DNA of 64,000 bases from Glycera tridactyla. Its lineage: Eukaryota. The stretch spans positions 30,504,001 through 30,568,000 of the forward strand of contig OZ286459.1 in the NCBI GenBank assembly GCA_965644265.1, read 5' to 3'. Below are positions 39,501 to 49,820 of this stretch, in pieces; within the stretch, counting starts at the first letter, position 1, and each line of letters starts with the position of its first letter. Both the position numbers and the translations under genes were made by a program. Below the pieces are notes generated by a model. The model saw nothing but the letters and a program-made list of their open reading frames with translations. It was not told the DNA's origin and did not search any database.

Positions 39501-42500
39501 CCTGCCTGTAGGCACTACTACATGTATAACTCAATACAAACTTTGTGCTTCATCTCCAATATTTCTGACCTAAAATTCAAAATATTGTGATTAAAACCAC
39601 GGAAATTCGGAGATCCGAAGAGCAATCATATCTCTGAAATTCTGTACAGTTTCTGAGATTCTAGACCGGTTCTGGACCATCTATCAGAGCTACTGGCGAC
39701 AGAATTAATCATCTAATCATGTAACACTTTCAACAAGGCATTTCTTCAAATGCATCTATTTCAAAAGCACAAAATCAAACATACTCTTCGGTGTCAGCGC
39801 TCCTAGCTTCTGGTACATCAGGAGCCAACAGGAACAATGTGTTTTCTTTGGGCAGTTTCAAATCTTTCAACAGATCCTACAAGAGTAAAAAAAACATGTT
39901 GAGCATATGACACATGCAAACATTCACATGAAAATCTACTGTCATTACTGAAGGTTGGCCTTCAATGACTAGCCATAGACAATCCAATACATTAATATGA
40001 GATACATGTATATATTCGCCTACTTTGAAACCAGCATAGCCACCAACCCAAACATGTGACCAAGACTGCTTAGCAGAGCCGTCGAAATGTCGTGAGACGT
40101 CTCAACAAATCATTCCAAAACAGGTGAAAATACATCTCTCATGGATCATCTTGGAACCAAGATCAGCACAATTAGCGTGCTAAACTTGTTTTTTTTTTTG
40201 GGGGGGGGGGGGGGGGGCACTAACTTATGGTCACTTGTCATGTACTGCATTTGTTCAATGCTACGCTCAGCATCACCTCCTTTTTTATGCTAAACTTGGT
40301 TCAGTGATGTCAATCTGATGTGTCTGGATTTTCGGAAATAGTGAAACCTGTCTTGGGAGACCGCCCCAAATGCCAATGAAAAGTGGTCTCTCAGGACAGG
40401 TGGTCTCTCATTGGGGGTATATTTGACTATGTCGAATGGAGAAGAGCCGATGAAGAGCGGTCTCCCATAAGAGGGTGGTCTCCCAAGACAGGTTTCACTG
40501 TATCATCAGATTTTCTGAAAGTACCTTAACATGATCTCATAAGTATCTATTCTGTGACGTCCAAAAATAATCAGCAATCTCTGAAATCAAATTTTTCACG
40601 CAAATTTTCGAAATTCCAAAAAGAAATTGGAAAATCGGCATCACTGTTGATTGATACACCTTTCGTAGCCAACTAATGCAGTTCACAAAGAAAACTAGAG
40701 TGTGATGCTAGGACATTGATACAGGAGAATAATATACAATTACCTGGTCATCGATGCGACGATCATTCTTGTGAACCCAACCACCTAACTGCTGTCGTGC
40801 AGCAGGGATACTGATGTCACCTTCGATGAGTTGTTTAATGCGACCTACATGACACAAATTGAAAAGTCTGGTATCAGTCTGATGTTACTCCAAACCATCA
40901 ATTATTTACTGGAATGAAACTATGTTTAATAATATACCATTGAAATGTAAGAATTGCATTTGAAGTAATCATCCGAATTCTTTGTGGATTTGAACCTGGG
41001 ATCTCCAGCATGGTACCAACAGCCAAGCCTGTGAAGGAGCGAGCTGTCTTACGCGCTGAGCTATGTGGACTGCTAAAAATTATTCCACTGCCTTGGAAAA
41101 GAACTCTGATATCACTTTCAATATTCCATTCATCAACAATTGGGGTCATGGAGAAACTTGAAGGGGGGTTCGGGCAATATTAGGGGAGAGATTGGGAAGC
41201 AGGGGTCCAGAGAAAAATGGAGAACAGGGGTTATGTTCAACCTACTTTCATTATGTCTGGAAGGAAAAACTGACCAGAATTGTTGAAAATGCCGTGTGAG
41301 CCATTTGAAGTCGCTTGACACTGCTCGTCACTACATAGAATTTGCCATCTTGGCAAGCTGATCAAGTGTCAACAATGACGGGGGGTGGGGGATTCCATTG
41401 ACCAATCATTATTGAGTTTACAATAGCTTTGTGACACACGCTCCCAAAAGCATTTTAGCAAGTAGTTGGGAGCCAAAGTAACTAAGAGTTCAGATAGTTT
41501 ACCAGTGACTAAAACATCTAAAGAATCATGTGATCATCAGATGAGCCTCCACCCACCAAAAAAGTTGAACCTGTCTATAAAGTCCACCTCCTGTCCCATC
41601 AACTGGCCTTTATAGCAAGGTCATACACTGTTGAAAATGTCGCAGCTCAGGGAGGCCTTTTACAGAGAGGTAGTTTCTCAAGCAGGTTCGACTGTTCTTG
41701 TTTTATTGGCATGGTAGAAGTCTTCATGTGATTTGATGAGAAGAGTTACATGGAGCACTCACTGAGTTTACAATAGCTTTGTGACACACGCTCCCAAAAG
41801 CATTTTAGCAAGTAGTTGGGAGCCGAAGTAACTAAGAGTTCAGATAGTTCACCAGTGACTAAAACATCTAAAGAAGACTAAAACATCTAAAGAATCATGT
41901 GATCATCAGATGAGCCTCCACCCACCAAAAAAGTTGAACCTGTCTATAAAGTCCACCTTCTGTCCCATCAACTGGCCTTTATAGCAAGGTCATACACTGT
42001 TGAAAATGTCGCAGCTCAGGGAGGCCTTTACAGAGAGGTAGTTTCTCAAGCAGGTTCGACTGTTCTTGTTATATTGGCATGGTAGAAGTCTTCATGTGAT
42101 TTGATGAGAAGAGAGTTACATGGAGCACTCACCTACACGCTCAGAATCTGACAGCACATATTTGAGATTGTTCTCTCTGTACTCGATACTGAAGTGAAGC
42201 ATCCGGGGCACATTTCTCATGATGCCCGAACTCGTCGACGCCTGCGCCGCACCAGCGTTGCTCACGCCACTCACGCCACTCACGACCAAGCCTTCGCCCG
42301 ATCCTGATTCGGCAGTCAGGTCGTACCTGGGCGGCGATGCTCGACTTAGCGGAGGGAAAATGATGGGTGAAGAGTCAGAAACTGACATGGGACCGATAGA
42401 CATACCGGTTGCCATTCCAAATGCTGGTGGGCCTTCACTGAGTGGGGGTGCTGTCTCCATGACAGGTGAGTCCATTCCAGCCATTGCATTCTGGACAGCT

Positions 42501-45500
42501 TGCTACAAATAAAAGAACACTGATCTTCAGCAATCACTGGAGATGAAAGACCCCAAAAGTTGGGCCCAGTCAAGCAGAGTCAACCCTGTTCTAAACAGCC
42601 ACCTATCCGGAATTCATAAAGTGACTGCTTAGGGCAGGTAAATCATGGTAAAAAAACCTCTGACGGTAAATACAGAAGTGGCTGCTTAGGGCAGGTTAAA
42701 CTGCAGTTGAAAAAGACAAATGGTGGTGCATTTATTTCTTATAAGAAATCTCATATGTACTTTCTTTCAACTTTCCTATTTTTCGTCTCATTTGCATGAT
42801 TTGTTTTCAATAAAGGGTCCTTAGGACTCATAATATGAATATTGAAAGATTTTGAAAAGGTATTTGCATTTTTGTTGTCGAAAAAATATAACAGAGATTT
42901 TGACTTTTGTACAATTATGTCAGAAGCCATGTTCCAGGTGTGTCCTTCCATGATGGTCAATGAGATTGACCTGGGACTGATAAAAAATATTTCTGCCAAC
43001 TATTTCATGTCAATAGTCGAGGGAGTTGAGTGCATTAGAATGACTTGTATATCATTTTTTCCTTCTGTCTGATGCTGAAAACATGGTGAAATTCAAGGTT
43101 TATTGCCACATTTCACTAAAAAACCAATGTGAGCATGAAATGGTCAATATATATCCATAAAAACAAAGAAAATTCAATGAGATGCAGTGACACTGTCTGG
43201 ATGTAATTCAAAGTTGAATATGATCTTGTTAAAGTGATGTTTCCAAGTCTTTAATGAAAGATGATGTTAGTGGACTGTGTCCGTCCATGACAGTTGACGT
43301 GTCCGTCCACGACAGTTGAGTTCCAATTATTTTTGGCCCCATTTCCATATTTTTCTCAAAAATCTGCTCCCAGGTTTCACAAGTGAGATACAGTATGTGA
43401 ATAAGAAAGACTGATGTAATTTGTTTTTTTTCCTGAGTGATTCTGAAAATATGGTGAATTTTTGTCTGTCCATTGCAACATTTGGCTAAAAGTCAATGTG
43501 AGCATGAAAGGGTTAGTGCACAACCATGAAATCAGAGAGAATTCACTGAAATGCATTGACCTTGACTGGATGTGGTCCGAATATGCATATAATCTTGTAA
43601 AAGTGAAAATTCCAAGACTTCAATTTAACTATAGTGTCAGTGGACAATGTGTCCGTCCGTGACGGTCAAAAAGTGTCCGTCCGTGACGGTCAACATTTCA
43701 ACTTTTTGCCTCATTTGCATATTCTTTCCAAAAATCTGTTTTCAGGGTTTATAATGTATATTTTGAGGTGTCTTATGAAGGCATTTGCATCCATTTATCT
43801 AAATAAACAGAACAGAGATTTTCACTTTTGTACCAGCATGTCAAAACCCTTGTCCAAAAGGTGTCCATTCGTGATGGTCAGTGAAATTGACCTGGGACCT
43901 ACCCAAAAAAATTTTTGGCCTAACTTTTTCACTTGACTAGTAGAGTGGATTGAGTAGAATATTATGGCATGGATTGAATTTTACTGGTTTATTGTCCCGC
44001 ATGGTGGTGTTGAAAAAAAAATGTCCCATGTCCGTCCGTGACAAAAAAATACCACGGAATGACCCATAGGCAAAATACTCAGTAGGATATGCCGTTTCCA
44101 CTCATGTGTGCAGCTGACTAGATATGCCTTCAAAACTCAGAAATTGATGGCTCGGCGAAAGAATTGCATCCCTGATAATTATCAGGAATATCCCATCTGC
44201 AGTACATTGCCATGACACCTGCCAGGCTGCTAGTAAACCTTGATGGGCCCCTATAAGTAACTCAGACCTGGTGTGCCTGGCACATAGTAGCACGACTGAA
44301 ACAAGCAAACCATCAGCCACCTTCAATGTATCTATTGTACAGAATAAGGTAGAGGCTAAGTGGGATATCATGGATGTGAAAGAATAATCCAATGATAGTT
44401 TGATTTTAGTTGACAATGCCTGGTGGCAGTTTAGTTTTCAAGGTCCATAGTACATGACGTTGACAAGTGAAAAAACTCACCATGAGATTCCAATCATGCT
44501 GCTCTAAGATGGCGATACACTCTTCGATGTCATCATTACCAGTACAATCCTAGAAAACATTAATCATATCAATCATTCATGTGGTCTGGGAAGATACATC
44601 TATGCATCACATGATGCAGAGCAGGACAGATTAGTGTTGATTGTTGGGCATCGAATGCATGTTCCCAATTGATCATTGGTTTGGACCAACCAACCCGTGA
44701 TTGGTTACATTGGTTGGCACATGTGATCAGTCTGGTTCCTGTTCCAACCACTACATGTTGAAATTGTCAACGCACTACAATCGCATCCGTGTTGCGCCAT
44801 CCGTCGCGGTGGTGACTTTCAAAACTAAAATGGCGGCGTCATGTATGTTCCTCTGCCCGCCGATGAATAAAACCACTTTTCGCCTTGATTTTGAATGTAA
44901 GTTCATTGATATATGATGGGTGTTTCAATCCTGAGTTTGTACGATGAATATTCCGATTAAATCAATTGTTGACAATAGTACAGATGAATTCACAAATAAG
45001 GCAAAGCCCACACAGTCACTATCAATTATTAAAATAGTCAAAGCCCTTGTCAGTTCATCAGTATTTGGTGAGAAATCAATCTTCCTCTGAGTTCATTGCA
45101 GACAACATTTCCACATAGGTTTTGGCCAACCTTTTCACAGAAAAGATGGAGCCCAATATTAATAATCAGGCCTGTTGGGAAACCCCATCCATGGCTGGAA
45201 CTGAATGTGATGAAATGCATCTGACCCAAGGTTGGTGTGGCTGGGTACTGGGCAGGGTACTGAGTAACACTCCAGACTAGTGTTGGGATTTGATTTTTTT
45301 TCAAGTTTGAAGTTTGATTTTCAAAACCAAACGAACTTCAAACAATGTTTCACATGCAAATTCTTCTATTCAGCCCCCCCCCCCCTCCCCTATATCTGCC
45401 GGAGAGGTCATTCCCTGTTGAAAATACTACCAAGGTCGCAGCTCAGGGTGGTCTTTATAAAGAGGTTGTCTTTACAGAGAGGTGGTCTTTAGAAGATTTG

Positions 45501-48500
45501 AGAATGTTCCATCTTGCAAGTTCAACCTCAATCATTTTGAGGGGATTTTGGATGACAATTATAGACAGGAATTATCAAGAGAGTCATCAAGGAAATGACA
45601 TTCAGGGGTAGAGCCAATAACATTAGAAACCGAGAACTTGCCTTGTACCAGGCCTCATTGAGTTTCCATGATAACCAATTATTTCCCATTTACTCATAGA
45701 GTACATGTTCCAGCATGTGGATGGGAGGGGTTGAAGCCTGTAGGGGGTAAGGTGAGCTGATATAGTGGTCAAATGTTGATGCATCCACCATCAAAATAAA
45801 CAGTCAAGTGGGATCAGGTGGTTATGAAATCAAATAATCAAACATCAAGTTTGTGTTCAACTGTTTGATTTGTTGGAGCAATCGAATCAAATTCCACTAA
45901 AATCGAACTTCGGCACATCACTACTCCAGACATAATCAGAGGTTATTCTTCCAGTGTACAGACTATAGCATAATTTACCTAGCATCCCAATGGGGGAGAA
46001 ATTGTCTCAAAGCTCAGAGCTGTCCCATTGCTTTTGGGACACGTGGCATGAGACATTTGTCTGAGCATCCACTTCTCTACTCAGGAATTTCCCCGCTTCT
46101 TGTTGATTTTGGTGGATTGCGGCCTGATTGTCATGAAAAGGGGCCCATATTCCGGAAAATGTGTGAGATACCCTCATATCCCCATCTGGATGCAGCCCTG
46201 AAACTTTGGATAAGTGATTTATCTGTTCTCGTCATTATGGACCTGTGCTTGCTTTTGTTAATTACTGGGCAGTTACTGAGAAATCTAGCCTAAAATTTGG
46301 AGGCCAGAAATCACGATACCAGTGATTTTTTACTTCAATTTTCAGCCACAATTTCACAAAATTAGGACAGCGAAATTTTGATGTACTTGTAGTACTGCAG
46401 TTCCATGGAGGAATTTATTCTCTCCACCTATCAGGAAATATCTCTGTCTTTCTCAATATGAGCAGAGGAAACTAGAGCACTGTGTAAAATGAGGTGCGGC
46501 AGCCTTCCTCACTGTAATCAGGTCACGGACAACGTCTAAAATGGGCTACGTAGCCCAATTGGAGGGCGTTAGTAATTTGACGGACAGGGATTTTCCGATG
46601 ACGTCATCTCAATTTCAAAAAATCGCATTTTTTTCGCGATATAAGGCCATGAATACATCAACTTTCAACAGTAACCCTTGTTTCTTGACATAAAACGATT
46701 GTTTAGACTGATTTCGAAATGAAAAAGCTGCAAATGGCGGTGTTCTTTGCGGAAATCCAATCGCCGGGAACCCCCGCCAGATGCCACCAACATGGCAGGT
46801 GGGAAAGCAGGATTCGCAATGGCGTAAGTTTGCCGTAAAATCGTAACTTTGCACTCGGATTTGGAGGGAATAAACACATTGAAAAATTATGATACTTCAA
46901 TCAGGGAATCTCTCACTCTCGCCCTTTATGCTGCCATGTTAGGTTTTGCACTCGGATTTGGAGGGGATAAACACATTGAAAAATTATGATACTTCAATCA
47001 GGGTATCTCTCACTCTTGCCCTTTATGCTGCTATGTTAGGTTTTGCTCTATGTCTATCGGTTGCTGAAATATCCAGCCTCAAAGTTTGGAAGTCACCGAG
47101 TGAAAAACCAAGATGGCAGCGATTGTTTTCATCCGATATCGCCGACTTTGGGCCACTATATAAAAAAATGAATACATAGGATTCAAAACGTAATACATAC
47201 AATTGTTGGGGAATTTTGTTTTCTTTATACATACGAAAAATCTTGTTGCGGCGGCTCTCTCAATTTTGCGCGTGTAGGAAATAGTGGAGCAAGGTTGAAA
47301 TTCGGGATCATTGTCACTCGGAAAATTCGTCACCAGCACTCGGAAATGTGGCCGATAGGCTCGAAACTTCTCACATTTGATGATTATCATGCCTTCCATC
47401 TGTTTGTGTTGGATTTCCGATGACAAATCGCACATGATGGCGAGAATATGCATTTTATTTAGTGTCAGTCAAATGAGAGGCGTCCGTTAATTGATGGACG
47501 CCCTTCAATTGGGCTACGTGGCCCAATTGTCAGGTCGTCCGCGACCTGGTAACAAGACTCAAGAGTGCCAAGGCACATATCGGAGAATTTGATCAATCAG
47601 CTACCCCAAACACCTGCATTTCCACGCATGAGAATACATTCGTCAATAAAGTCTGAATTGTACATCAATCTGACAGCTATTTGAAATATGAGCTTAAAGA
47701 ATGTACCCCGGTCAGCCGGTCAGGTTCGGACTCGACAGACTTTTAATCTGGTAATCTGACAGGCCTTAGATAGCTAGAATAACATATTTTCATTTTCTAC
47801 TCACATCAAAAAAAGAATTATATCATGATGAAGTATCAAAAGTTTGCTAGACATTGACGCTATTTTCATTCAAATTGCTCTAGTATTCGCTGAATTATGG
47901 GAGTTTTAAGATTGGAAGTTGAAGGGGGATGTCTGTCAGTATCAGCAGCTTGCTCACCTGCTGCTCACTCCAACTTTCATGGTTGCATGCCGCTAAATTA
48001 GCGGCTCCGCTGATATGAGCATGCTATTTACTACTCAAAACATGCTCCAAAACTATTGCTGGCGCTGATTTGCGCTAGGGGTGGCAAGTTTGGCAGTTTT
48101 ATGATCGTTTAGAAAAGCATTTTCTGCATCAAACCATCTTTGCAAATCGATGCTATGTCTACCCAAAGCCGAGATACGGCTCCTCAAAGTTTGGCTACAT
48201 TCAGACATGGAAAATTTCATGAAGGAATCATTCGATTTTGATGAAATAAAAACATATTTGTGCGGAATTTAGTTCTCTATGAGCACTCCAGATTTCGTTA
48301 GTATACATGCAGAATCAGCGCCACAGTGCGGAAAATGGTGGAGTGATGTTCACATGATGTCACAAAATGGCCGCACTGTTGTTGTCAGAAATGACCTGAA
48401 ACCTCCACTTCCGACGCTCGCTGTGTTATAAATACTGATCGGATCTCAGAATTGCACACATGTCCAGACAGATAAGCAGTTGAACTTTATATTGGTATCC

Positions 48501-49026
48501 TCAAATAGGAAATACATGCGAAATTAAGCGAGCGCCGAGCATCGAAAGTTGATGTTTTTACTATGGTGACAGATACGTGAGCAAAGATGAGTGCGTGCGT
48601 TGTCCTCCCTACCTTAGAACCCTGTTGACAGAAACTGATTAGAGTATTCGGGGGAGATCCTAAAATGCAATCGCACCAGACAATTTCCAATCAAAGCAGC
48701 AGTATCATACCTAAACATATCAATGATACTCAACACTGGTACATCAAGTTCTGCCTGATTATCGGAGGCAACATCGAAGTCTTCAAAATGTGCTTTGTAA
48801 TGTACGATGTTCGTCTGTTTTTCTTTGAGTCAGCGGACTCCGGTGATCAATTCATCTAGCACATGCTTTGAATTGAGGGTACGATCGCAACGATACTGAC
48901 TCTGTGTGAACTTCCCATTACGATCATCAAGTTGGTCACAACTGTGGGGACTTTGGAGGACGTTTGACAGAATAAATCAAGAAATAATACCTGGAAAGTA
49001 GCCAGCATCTGCTCACGTTCCGCCAT
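15531..49026 (-). CDS. FAF1: FAS-associated factor 1 (UBA, two UBL, UAS, coiled coil, UBX); 18 coding exons, 2094 nt, 697 aa
   Basis: Exons in transcript order: 48991-49026, 44481-44549, 42133-42502, 40744-40844, 39785-39876, 39021-39129, 37832-37918, 32856-32951, 23858-23969, 23327-23390, 22882-22963, 21945-22099, 20891-21027, 20239-20327, 19311-19391, 18174-18284, 16907-17122, 15531-15617. All introns are GT-AG, phases are compatible and there is no internal stop. Peptides such as RKLLAIYLHHD..VFCSQ.LCAES, YGDCHPVF, FPRRD and PQET are recognisably FAF1. Confidence 0.97.
16360..16757. mobile_element. PIF/Harbinger-type MITE, TAA TSD
   Basis: TAA|GGGCTATCCCATTTAAAAGTAGGG...CCCTACTTTTAAATGGAATAGCCC|TAA. 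Confidence 0.85.
16907..17122 (-). CDS. FAF1: FAF1 exon 17 (AIRQSILCQLPEEP...IRFRLPDGEILTRRF...KVLTTFPRRD), UBX
   Basis: 216 nt, UBX signature R..FPR, |GTAAGT donor. Confidence 0.98.
18174..18284 (-). CDS. FAF1: FAF1 exon 16 (AEQRQREEEERRNLELVEDMKRQEAEEKRREEEEEKE)
   Basis: 111 nt, E/R-rich coiled coil, GT-AG, phase 0 to 0. Confidence 0.9.
18998..19157. mobile_element. TA-flanked MITE
   Basis: TA|CAGTCAAACCTG...CAGGTTAGACTG|TA, GTGGCTGCTTA repeats. Confidence 0.85.
19311..19391 (-). CDS. FAF1: FAF1 exon 15 (REREAREQMKQEQDMAYQESLAADKAK)
   Basis: 81 nt, EREARE..K.EQD.AY..SL.AD.AK coiled-coil motif. Confidence 0.97.
20239..20327 (-). CDS. FAF1: FAF1 exon 14 (NVTLDELMTQLIHAIDVFHEQQQKEIIEE)
   Basis: 89 nt, T.DELM..L..A..F..QQQ motif. 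Confidence 0.96.
20891..21027 (-). CDS. FAF1: FAF1 exon 13 (LLTMCTHHFGSVAANTVRNFKPDELPLLLIISRNRSTNEVCNVIQG)
   Basis: 137 nt, LTMC..HFGSV and NEV.NVIQG motifs. Confidence 0.97.
21204..21356. mobile_element. MITE family E, 5-bp TSD CTATG
   Basis: CAGGGTGAGAAGA...TCTTCTCGCCCTG with exact CTATG flanks. Confidence 0.88.
21660..21750 (+). mobile_element. tRNA-derived SINE head fragment
   Basis: B-box GGTTCGAATCC; homologous to 40965-41075. Confidence 0.55.
21945..22099 (-). CDS. FAF1: FAF1 exon 12 (RKLLAIYLHHDSSILSNVFCSQILCAES...WAWDLTSESNRA)
   Basis: 155 nt, near-identical in character to the UAS core of FAF1. Confidence 0.98.
22882..22963 (-). CDS. FAF1: FAF1 exon 11 (YGDCHPVFYVGTLEDAIKDALCTKAKD)
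   Basis: 82 nt, YGDCHPVF motif, |GTAAGT donor. Confidence 0.97.
23327..23390 (-). CDS. FAF1: FAF1 exon 10 (PEQVSDQTTALEHFTHEFQTR), UAS start
   Basis: 64 nt, phase 1 to 2, AL..FT.EF..R motif. Confidence 0.95.
23858..23969 (-). CDS. FAF1: FAF1 exon 9 (EMIEISDDDFEDAHDNFNLDEDIF...)
   Basis: 112 nt, DDFEDA acidic motif, |GTAAGT donor, phase 0 to 1. Confidence 0.92.
27112..27270. mobile_element. TA-type MITE
   Basis: TA|CAGTGAAACCTG...AGGTTTCA, GAGACCACC repeats. Confidence 0.75.
27682..27896. mobile_element. Small CAGGG..CCCTG element with TGGCTACC repeats
   Basis: Termini CAGGGCTCT / AGACCCCTG; no clear TSD. Confidence 0.55.
28640..29030 (+). repeat. Dispersed repeat family H, copy 1
   Basis: Collinear similarity to 44650-44985 (AATTGATCAT.GGTT.GGACCAACCAACC..TGATTGGTTACA). 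Confidence 0.75.
29534..31063 (-). mobile_element. Helentron-associated (DINE-1/HINE-like) non-autonomous element
   Basis: Minus strand: 5' TTATGTCTCC subterminal repeat + hairpin, (GTCY)n microsatellite 30965-31020, 3' GGAGACATA partner, stem-loop AGTGAGG-AGGTG-CCTCACT, terminal CTAGTT; carries a MITE fragment at about 30400-30542. Confidence 0.75.
32856..32951 (-). CDS. FAF1: FAF1 exon 8 (MTLAGCGLNYPTHDLQFSRASEDDRRNRPKNE)
   Basis: 96 nt, M.LA..GL.YP.H.L motif, GT-AG. Confidence 0.93.
32967..33862. mobile_element. CAGGGC.TGACATT-ended element, 5-bp TSD ACAAA, host of a nested insertion
   Basis: TIR CAGGGCTTGACATT / AATGTCATGCCCTG; exact ACAAA flanks. Confidence 0.88.
32984..33659. mobile_element. 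Nested CAGGGTTCCCAC-ended element, 6-bp TSD ATTAAG
   Basis: TIR CAGGGTTCCCAC / GTGGGAACCCTG; exact ATTAAG flanks; TTCCCGGG repeats. Confidence 0.88.
34302..37633 (-). mobile_element. Large Helentron/DINE-like element carrying a CAC/ATGG array
   Basis: Minus strand: 5' hairpin TATAATGGCAACGCCATTATA, 3' partner TGGCGTTGCCATTAT, stem-loop TGTCTC-GCCCAT-GAGACA, terminal CTTGTT. Confidence 0.7.
34360..36186. repeat. 1.8-kb imperfect (CAC)n-CATGGAC tandem array
   Basis: Variable CAC runs punctuated by CCATGGAC; gives HHHG/PPPW/TTTMD peptides in rotating frames. Confidence 0.97.
37832..37918 (-). CDS. FAF1: FAF1 exon 7 (VKSGVYSITNVPVRHQLWTGWPDAATDET)
   Basis: 87 nt, PVRHQLW.GWP motif, |GTAAGT donor. 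Confidence 0.96.
39021..39129 (-). CDS. FAF1: FAF1 exon 6 (NELLKRLSQNYTLNIHYTDNDQFYTLNFPGSKTIQE), UBL2
   Basis: 109 nt, phase 2 to 0, Y.LNF.GS.TIQE motif. Confidence 0.94.
39785..39876 (-). CDS. FAF1: FAF1 exon 5 (DLLKDLKLPKENTLFLLAPD...)
   Basis: 92 nt, phase 0 to 2, L.LPK.N.L..L.PD motif. Confidence 0.93.
40339..40500. mobile_element. TA-type MITE
   Basis: AGTGAAACCTGTCTTGGGAGACC...GGTCTCCCAAGACAGGTTTCACTG|TA. Confidence 0.85.
40744..40844 (-). CDS. FAF1: FAF1 exon 4 (RIKQLIEGDISIPAARQQLGGWVHKNDRRIDDQ)
   Basis: 101 nt, phase 1 to 0, GT-AG, UBL1 motif IKQ.IE....IP...Q.L.GW. Confidence 0.93.
40965..41075 (-). mobile_element. tRNA-derived SINE head
   Basis: Minus strand A-box TAGCTCAGCGCG and B-box GGTTCAAATCC separated by about 50 nt. 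Confidence 0.6.
41413..42132. repeat. Recent tandem duplication (350 + 370 bp) of the start of FAF1 intron 3
   Basis: 41413-41762 and 41763-42132 are nearly identical; each includes a MITE fragment and ends in the donor sequence. Confidence 0.93.
42133..42502 (-). CDS. FAF1: FAF1 exon 3 (QAVQNAMAGMDSP...PRMLHFSIEYRENNLKYVLSDSERVG), linker + start of UBL1
   Basis: 370 nt open frame, TTGTAG| acceptor, G|GTGAGT donor; PRML.F..EYR motif. Confidence 0.92.
42588..42703. mobile_element. TA-type MITE, degenerate
   Basis: AGTCAACCCTG...CAGGTTAAACTG; related to 18998-19157. Confidence 0.65.
42810..44065. repeat. Repeat-derived block with diverged internal duplications and GTGTCCGTCCGTGAC motifs
   Basis: 43080-43370 resembles 43440-43750; 42850-43030 resembles 43780-43960. 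Confidence 0.6.
44481..44549 (-). CDS. FAF1: FAF1 exon 2 (DCTGNDDIEECIAILEQHDWNLM), UBA
   Basis: 69 nt, TTCTAG| acceptor, |GTGAGT donor, UBA-like CTG..IEE.I.ILEQ.DW.L. Confidence 0.95.
44650..44985 (+). repeat. Dispersed repeat family H, copy 2
   Basis: Matches 28640-29030. Confidence 0.75.
46519..47548. mobile_element. Non-autonomous DNA transposon with about 65-bp TIRs, near 5-bp TSD
   Basis: CAGGTC.CGGAC.AC...TGGGC.ACGTAGCCCAATTG.AGGGCGT at both ends; flanks GTAAT / GTAAC; internal tandem duplication of about 98 bp at 46847-47040. Confidence 0.85.
48991..49026 (-). CDS. FAF1: FAF1 exon 1 (MAEREQMLATFQ)
   Basis: ATG at 49026, donor CAG|GTATTA; resembles the FAF1 N-terminus DREMILADFQ. 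Confidence 0.88.
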
Positions 49027-49200
49027 TGCTGTGAAAATTGCGCAGGCGCAGTACGGGCACTGTTGGTTTCGAAATGTAAACACAACCACGTGTTTCCGGG
49101 CACGAGCGGTTGCGTCAAATACACATTACTAGGCCTGTCGATCTAACAATAACAGTCTTGAACAAGATACGGAAAAGTCGCGCCATCTATCTAGTTGCAG
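49027..49200 (-). promoter_or_regulatory. CpG-rich FAF1 5'UTR/promoter with NRF1-like, ETS-like and CRE half-site motifs
   Basis: TGCGCAGGCGCA at 49039-49050, CCGGAA (minus) near 49093, TGCGTCA near 49111; CpG-dense relative to the flanks and immediately upstream of the ATG. Motif matches only. Confidence 0.45.
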
Positions 49201-49246
49201 CCTGCCTGTCTGTGTGTCTGTCTGTCAAGTTGAAGAGGCATTAAGT

Positions 49247-49401
49247 CAGGGCGAGAAGAGCTTGCCGCCCACCTGCCCGGGGCAGGTATAGATTCTACAG
49301 GTGGGCAGGTGGGAAATGATCATAAATGACTTACATATATCAGCAGGCCTGGTGGATTTTCCAGGGGAGCAGGTGGATTTTCATGATGTCTTCTTGCCCT
49401 G
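49247..49401. mobile_element. MITE family E copy
   Basis: CAGGGCGAGAAGA...TCTTCTTGCCCTG; TSD not preserved. Confidence 0.82.
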
Positions 49402-49599
49402 ATTGGGCCCAACTCAATAAACCAATCGATCATATCAATCAAATCGATCAAATTGATCAATCAATCACCAATGTACCCCCCTCTTGATACACTCCCTACT
49501 TTTTGTATCTCAGTCTCTGGGATAGAATGTGTAGTAGGCCTATCCGAGAGTTATTGTAAACAATGTCAGCCACACACACACTTTATTCATTAATTTCAT

Positions 49600-49765
49600 G
49601 TCAGTGACATGATGCACGGGCAGCAGGTCCATGAAATGTATCAAATGCCCAAGCCCAATTTTGGGGTTTCATACGGGGTTTGAACCCACAACCTATGGGT
49701 AAGGCACCCATCACCAGCAACGCACTGTCTGTGCTGCCTACCACTGTGCCATTAAGTGACCCCAC
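49600..49765 (-). mobile_element. tRNA-derived SINE head
   Basis: Minus strand TGGCACAGTGGTAG (A box) ... GGTTCAAACCCC (B box). Confidence 0.55.
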
Positions 49766-49820
49766 AAAAAGTGGAGCTCGGTGAGCAGCCATGAGGCAAG
49801 CACTGACAATGCGTCACCCC

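Noticed and set aside
40965-41075. tRNA gene
   Set aside because: A and B boxes are present, but there is no cloverleaf or acceptor stem, and a diverged homologue at 21660-21750 indicates a SINE head.
47695-48480. Kolobok-type element starting TTAA|AG
   Set aside because: The interior looks repeat-derived, but I found no matching right end or second TTAA, so the class is unsupported.
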